This document shows positions 59,303-64,000 of a DNA stretch of 64,000 nt, piece after piece. How positions within the stretch are numbered: the first letter of the stretch is position 1; every line of letters starts with the position of its first letter. Origin of the DNA: Deltaproteobacteria bacterium (lineage in GTDB: Bacteria; Myxococcota; Kuafuiibacteriia; Kuafuiibacteriales; Kuafuiibacteriaceae); assembly GCA_040218735.1 (NCBI GenBank), contig JAVJQW010000070.1, positions 224,001-288,000 on the forward strand, given 5' to 3'. Both the position numbers and the translations under genes were made by a program. The notes beneath the pieces were generated by a model that saw only the letters and a program-made list of their open reading frames with translations, was not told the DNA's origin and ran no database searches.

Positions 59303-60922
59303 CTAGAAGCTACGGCGCGGCGAGTAGACCTCGGCCGACTTGAGCGAGCGGCCGAAGACGTCGCCCATGTTCTGCTGCAGGCCACCGACGACCAGGATCT
59401 CGCCGGACGTCTCGATCTTGGTGATCGCATGCCCGAAGCGCGGCGAATCCATCTCGACCTCCGTCGGCGCACGCGCGAAGCACGAGCCGCCGGTGGTGAG
59501 CGTCGCGACCTCGCCGACGCCGAGCGGAACCCCCGTCTGATCGCGGCCGCCCACGAAGACGGCGTCCTTGCCGGACATCGTCACCGCGTGGTGGCCGCGC
59601 GGCCGGTTGAGCGCCGCGGAGCACGTGCGCGCGACGCGGCCGTTCACGAACGCCCACATCTCGACCGAGCCCGTCGGGTTCTGCGGCGCCATCCCGCTCG
59701 GCTCGGCGTCCTCGATGCGGTTGTAGCCGCCCGAGAGGAGCACTTCGCCGTTCTGCGCGAGCGCCGCCGAGTGAAAGATCGGACCCACGCCGGTGATCGC
59801 GCTGGGCTGCGCCGTCACGGTCGACGTCTCGCCGAGGGTGATCACCTCGACCTCGCCGACCACGCCCTGATCGTTCATGCCGCCGGCCACGAGGATGTCC
59901 TGCCCGCTCTCCAGCAGCGTCGCGCTGTGGCCGAAGCGCCGCTTGCTCATGCGCAGCGCGTTCGAAGCCGGATCGTTCGGGAGCGTGAACAGCTGGTTCG
60001 TCGGCTCGTAGACCTCGACCGAGTCGAGGTACGCGTGGTCGCGCGGATCGATCGCGCTCGCGACGAGCTCCCGCCCGCCGATCAACGCCACCCGGCCATC
60101 CTTCAGGCGCACCGCCCGGTGACCCGTGCGCGCCTCGCGCATCGCCAGACCGCTCTCCGCGATCCGCACCGATAGCGGGTCCGTCGCGTCGATGATGAAC
60201 GCGGTCCTCAGCGCCGTCGTCGTCCCGTTGATGATCGTGTCGCCGCCCGCGATGAGGACCCGCCCGCCGTCGAGCAGCGTCGCCGTGTGGCCCTTGCGCG
60301 CGCCACCGACCCGCAGCTCCGCGACGACCTGGAACGTCCCCGTCGCCGGGTCGTACAGCTCGACGCCGCGCGGGTAACGCACCTCGGGCGGCGTGCCGGG
60401 GATGATCTGGGCGCCGCCCACGATCAACACGCGGCCGCTGTTCGGCAGGAAGGTCGCCGTCGCACCGAAGCGATCCACCGCGAGCTCCGTGCACGTCGGC
60501 TCGCCGTCGAGGCTCGTCGTCCGGTAGAAGCTGTCGACCAGCGCAAACGGCACCTTGATCGAGACGGCGCCGGGCGCGCTCGTCAGGTCGTACTCGGCGC
60601 TCACGCCGATCGCCCGCGTCTCGCGGAAGTCGGGCAGCCCGTCGGCGCCGGTGTTGTGGCCCGTCGCGACGATCGAGAAGTCCGACGCGAGCGGCACCGT
60701 GATGGGCTCGATGCCCGAGTCGTTGATCCCGTACGTCGTCGAGAACCCTTCGTCGATCCCGTCGCCGCGCGGCGTGAACTTCAGGAACTCGACGGACGCC
60801 ACGGCCGCCTGGTTGCACGGGTCGACGATCTCCACGTCGAGCTCGACCGGGCCGCCGCACGCCGCGACCGAGCACGCCCCGATGACGGGCACCGTGAGCA
60901 GCATCTTCTTCATCGTCGTCAT
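59303..60922 (-). CDS. Kelch-repeat lipoprotein
   Basis: Lipobox 'AAC'; repeated 'R.GH.ATLL..GRVLI.GG'. Confidence 0.85.
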   Translation of the reverse strand: MTTMKKMLLTVPVIGACSVAACGGPVELDVEIVDPCNQAAVASVEFLKFTPRGDGIDEGFSTTYGINDSGIEPITVPLASDFSIVATGHNTGADGLPDFRETRAIGVSAEYDLTSAPGAVSIKVPFALVDSFYRTTSLDGEPTCTELAVDRFGATATFLPNSGRVLIVGGAQIIPGTPPEVRYPRGVELYDPATGTFQVVAELRVGGARKGHTATLLDGGRVLIAGGDTIINGTTTALRTAFIIDATDPLSVRIAESGLAMREARTGHRAVRLKDGRVALIGGRELVASAIDPRDHAYLDSVEVYEPTNQLFTLPNDPASNALRMSKRRFGHSATLLESGQDILVAGGMNDQGVVGEVEVITLGETSTVTAQPSAITGVGPIFHSAALAQNGEVLLSGGYNRIEDAEPSGMAPQNPTGSVEMWAFVNGRVARTCSAALNRPRGHHAVTMSGKDAVFVGGRDQTGVPLGVGEVATLTTGGSCFARAPTEVEMDSPRFGHAITKIETSGEILVVGGLQQNMGDVFGRSLKSAEVYSPRRSF

Positions 60923-62499
60923 CACCAGGTGATCCTCAGGCTCGCCTCGTCGCTCCCGCCGCCGCTGACCAGCAGGTAACCACCCGCCCCCGCGGCGCCC
61001 GCCGCCGCGACGCCGACCAGCACCCAGACCCACCAGGCACCGCCGTCGTCATCGTCGTCGAGCTCGTCCTTGGGCACGAGCGTGGTCGTGGTCGCCGCCG
61101 CCGGCGCAGTCTTCGCCTTCGAGGACTTCATCTCGTCCTTCGGCACCACGCCAGGCTTGCTGACCGGTGCGGGCGTGGCCTTCGCGATCGGCCCCGGCGG
61201 CGGATCGGGCGGCGCGTCCGCGTACAGCGACTTGGGCGCCTTCAACGGCGGCGGCGCGGCGCGCACGCTCGGCATGCGCGTCTCCTTCGCCCCGGCGGCC
61301 ACCGTCCTGCGACGCGCGCGGCCCGGCTTCTTCGGGGCGATCTTGAACTTCGACTCGGTGACGGGGTTCGTGAAGGCCGACGCCTTCGCCTCATTTCGCG
61401 CGGCCTCGGCGAGTTTGTACACCTCGATCTCCGCGGTGAGCATGTCGAGGTCGAACGCGATGTCGACCAGCCGGCCGACGTCGCCCGACGCCACCTTCAC
61501 CGCGATCGTGCGGATCCGGAACGCCGTATCCGTGCTGTAGATGCCGCCGACCATGACCATGTCGGCGCCCGCGCGCTTGCCGGCCTTCACCAGCTGCTTG
61601 ACGTGGTCCGCGTTCAGCTCGTTCGCCGCGACCGCGCCCAGGACCCCGCCCGCCGCGGGCTCGGGGGCCGCGCCGCCCTCGTCGAAGTCGACGACGGTGG
61701 TCTTCTTGGAGCTGATCCGCAGCTTCTTCACCTTCGGCGCCTCACCCGGGCGTTCGACGCGAATCCAGTGCGTCCCGGGGAGCGCATCGGTCAGCACCAG
61801 CGGCGCCTTGCCCATGTTGCGGCCGTCGAACAGCACCTGCGATCCCGACGCGGCCCGCACCTCGACCCGTGCGCGCGGACGACGCAGCACGTTGAACCGT
61901 GCGCGGTCGAAGACGCGGATGAAGATCGGCGGGTAGTCCGCCGCGTTCAGCGTACGGTCGGGATCGTAGTGGACGGCGCGGTTGAGCATGTCGTCGCCCT
62001 CGTCCTCCATGCCGTCGCGGAAGTACGCGACGCCCATCTGCAGATAGGTCTCCGGCAGCATCCGGAGATCGGGGACGGCGTCGCCGTTGTCCTCGAGGAG
62101 CTTCGCAGCCTTGTCGAGCAGCTTCACCGCGCGCTCGAACTCCGACTCCTCCATGGCCTCCTTCGCCTCGCTGATCAGCTGTTCGGCCCGCTTGCCCGCC
62201 TTGGGATCGCCCTGCGGCGCGTCGGAGCTCTTCGCGCTCGACGCGGATCCGCCGCCGCTGCTCAGGCCTGAAAGATCCTCGGCGCGGATGATCGCAACCT
62301 CGTCGCCGTGCGCCATCTCGCGGGTGACGACCACGGTCGTCTGCTCGCCGATGTCGTCCTGCATCTTCGGATCGAGGTTTTGGTACGGGAGCACCAGGAC
62401 CTTCGGCTTGGCGTAGCCGTCCGACGGTACGGCGAGTACGGCCGCGGCGAGGAACCCTCCAAGAACAGTGAGGAATGCGCGACGTGCAGACGTCATCAC
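60922..62499 (-). CDS. TPR/PEGA-domain membrane-anchored protein
   Basis: Signal peptide, TPR helices, PEGA 'VLFDG...GKAP....LPGTH', C-terminal 'WWVWVLVGVAAAG'. Confidence 0.8.
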   Translation of the reverse strand: MMTSARRAFLTVLGGFLAAAVLAVPSDGYAKPKVLVLPYQNLDPKMQDDIGEQTTVVVTREMAHGDEVAIIRAEDLSGLSSGGGSASSAKSSDAPQGDPKAGKRAEQLISEAKEAMEESEFERAVKLLDKAAKLLEDNGDAVPDLRMLPETYLQMGVAYFRDGMEDEGDDMLNRAVHYDPDRTLNAADYPPIFIRVFDRARFNVLRRPRARVEVRAASGSQVLFDGRNMGKAPLVLTDALPGTHWIRVERPGEAPKVKKLRISSKKTTVVDFDEGGAAPEPAAGGVLGAVAANELNADHVKQLVKAGKRAGADMVMVGGIYSTDTAFRIRTIAVKVASGDVGRLVDIAFDLDMLTAEIEVYKLAEAARNEAKASAFTNPVTESKFKIAPKKPGRARRRTVAAGAKETRMPSVRAAPPPLKAPKSLYADAPPDPPPGPIAKATPAPVSKPGVVPKDEMKSSKAKTAPAAATTTTLVPKDELDDDDDGGAWWVWVLVGVAAAGAAGAGGYLLVSGGGSDEASLRITW

Positions 62500-62530
62500 G
62501 CCAGGGTCTACAGAGGCCCCACCAAGGCGG

Positions 62531-63118
62531 TCAATCGGTCTTCGATACGTCGAGGATCCGATCCCACAGCGCATCCACGCCGTCACGGCTGCTCGCGCTG
62601 GTTCCGACCACCGACCGCGGCGGCAGCCCGAAGGCGGCGCCGATCGCGTTGTAGGCCGGTTTTCGCTTCGCCTTGGGCAGTTTGTCCGCCTTCGTGGCGA
62701 CCACCCACACCTCCCCCTTCGCGACCTCGGACAGGAACGTGAACAGCGCGACGTCGTCCGGCTGCACCTCGCGGCGCACGTCGATCAGCAGCAGCGTGGC
62801 CCGGATCGTCTCGCGGGCCTCCAGGTAGGTCTCGATGAGCGGGGCCCAAGTGCGCACGACGTGCTTGGGCACCTTCGCGTAGCCATACCCGGGCAGGTCC
62901 GCGAGCGCGACGGTCTGGTCCGCCGTCGCGACCTCGAAGAAGTTCACGAGCTGCGTCCGCCCCGGGGTTCTGGACGTGCGGGCAATTTTCGCGTTGGCCA
63001 GGACGTTCAGGAGGCTGCTCTTCCCCACGTTGGAGCGCCCGACGAACGCAATCTCGGGCGAACCCAGGTCGGGGAACTGTGCGCGTTGGGCGGCGGAAGT
63101 GATGAATCGGGTCCTCAT
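62531..63118 (-). CDS. engB: Ribosome biogenesis GTPase YihA/YsxC
   Basis: 'GRSNVGKSS', 'SRTPGRT', 'DLPGYG', 'TKADK'. Confidence 0.97.
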   Translation of the reverse strand: MRTRFITSAAQRAQFPDLGSPEIAFVGRSNVGKSSLLNVLANAKIARTSRTPGRTQLVNFFEVATADQTVALADLPGYGYAKVPKHVVRTWAPLIETYLEARETIRATLLLIDVRREVQPDDVALFTFLSEVAKGEVWVVATKADKLPKAKRKPAYNAIGAAFGLPPRSVVGTSASSRDGVDALWDRILDVSKTD

Positions 63119-63293
63119 GGTGGCGACTTCAGTCCTGAGCGATTTCGACCGGATCGGAAGGGCGTTCGGGCTCGACGCGCCGCTCGGCGTGGGTTATCCG
63201 TCCAATGGTTCGACGTTGGCAATCCATTCGGAGCCAGGCAACATGTCAACCATCGCCGCTGGCGTGAACCTTGCGGCTCTATAGGATCGAACC

Positions 63294-63740
63294 ATGGCTA
63301 GTCTTCCTCTCAAGATCGCTGCCTCCCTCATCGTCGTCGGAGGCCCGTTGTACATGGCGGCCGACATGCTCCAGGCCGACCCCGAGTCGCTGACCTACTT
63401 CCACGGCGCGGACGTGGTGATGGCGAAGCAAGGTGAGTTCGTCGGCAAGCGGATCAAGATGGGCGGGCACGTCGCCAAGGGCACCATCTTCCAGAAGGGC
63501 GGCACGCTCGAATACCAGTTCGACGTGCAGCCCGTGCCGCAGATGCTCAAACACCCCGAGCAGATGGGGAAGACGATCACCGTCCGCTACACGGGCGTCG
63601 TGCCCGACACGTTCAAGGACGACGCCGAGGTCATCGTCACCGGATCGCTCGCCCGCGACGGCGTCTTCGAAGCCCAAGAGCTGCTCGCCAAGTGCCCGTC
63701 GAAGTACGAGGCGGCCGAGAAGAACAAGGGCACCTACTGA
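63294..63740 (+). CDS. ccmE: Cytochrome c maturation heme chaperone (CxxxY type)
   Basis: 'Y.G.VPDTFK', 'AQELLAKCPSKY'. Confidence 0.92.
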   Translation: MASLPLKIAASLIVVGGPLYMAADMLQADPESLTYFHGADVVMAKQGEFVGKRIKMGGHVAKGTIFQKGGTLEYQFDVQPVPQMLKHPEQMGKTITVRYTGVVPDTFKDDAEVIVTGSLARDGVFEAQELLAKCPSKYEAAEKNKGTY

Positions 63741-63783
63741 CCACGACCCACCGCATCGGTCTGCCCCGACGCGAAGGTAATCC

Positions 63784-64000
63784 ATGGCGCAATTTGGCTA
63801 CTACGTCCTCCTCGCGACCCTGATCGTCGCCACCTATACGGCGGCGGCCTCCGTGGTCGGGCACCACAACAAGTCGCGCCGGCTCGCGGTGAGCGCGCAG
63901 TACGGCGGCTTCGCGACGTTCGGGCTGCTGACGCTCGCGTCGATGGCGCTGATCTACCTGTTCGTCACGAACGACTACTCGGTGAAGTACGTCCAGCACT
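63784..64000 (+). CDS. ccmF: Cytochrome c heme lyase CcmF, N-terminal fragment (runs off the window)
   Basis: 'MAQFGYY...LIYLFVTNDYSVKYV' directly after ccmE. Confidence 0.85.
   Translation, partial: MAQFGYYVLLATLIVATYTAAASVVGHHNKSRRLAVSAQYGGFATFGLLTLASMALIYLFVTNDYSVKYVQH

Overview
High-GC (about 70%) chromosomal window, most likely from a Myxococcota/deltaproteobacterial genome. The call rests on four eukaryotic-type Ser/Thr kinases, PEGA, vWA/TSP3 and ASH-domain surface proteins, and a CxxxY-type CcmE. Core genes include dtd, an aceE-like E1, mltF-like, mrcA (PBP1a), lon, a Leu dehydrogenase, engB, ccmE and ccmF. A lower-GC signalling island lies at about 17.15-22.5 kb. I found no rRNA, tRNA, CRISPR array or intact mobile element. 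The most interesting signals are mostly outside the ORF track: (1) a Fur-box-flanked structured intergenic RNA candidate (9.42-9.57 kb) upstream of a flavinylated-protein/His-rich membrane protein pair; (2) a tandem AdoMetDC-like pair whose second copy looks catalytically dead (prozyme-like); (3) a perfect internal ribosome-binding site inside a FecR anti-sigma gene; (4) an unannotated 46-aa basic protein with its own sigma70 promoter upstream of lon; (5) a sigma54/IHF-driven, nearly leaderless small transcription unit; (6) a kinase-TM-pseudokinase protein divergent from PBP1a; (7) an MshEN domain fused to an Rpn-like tail. All calls come from reading motifs by eye; no database searches were run.
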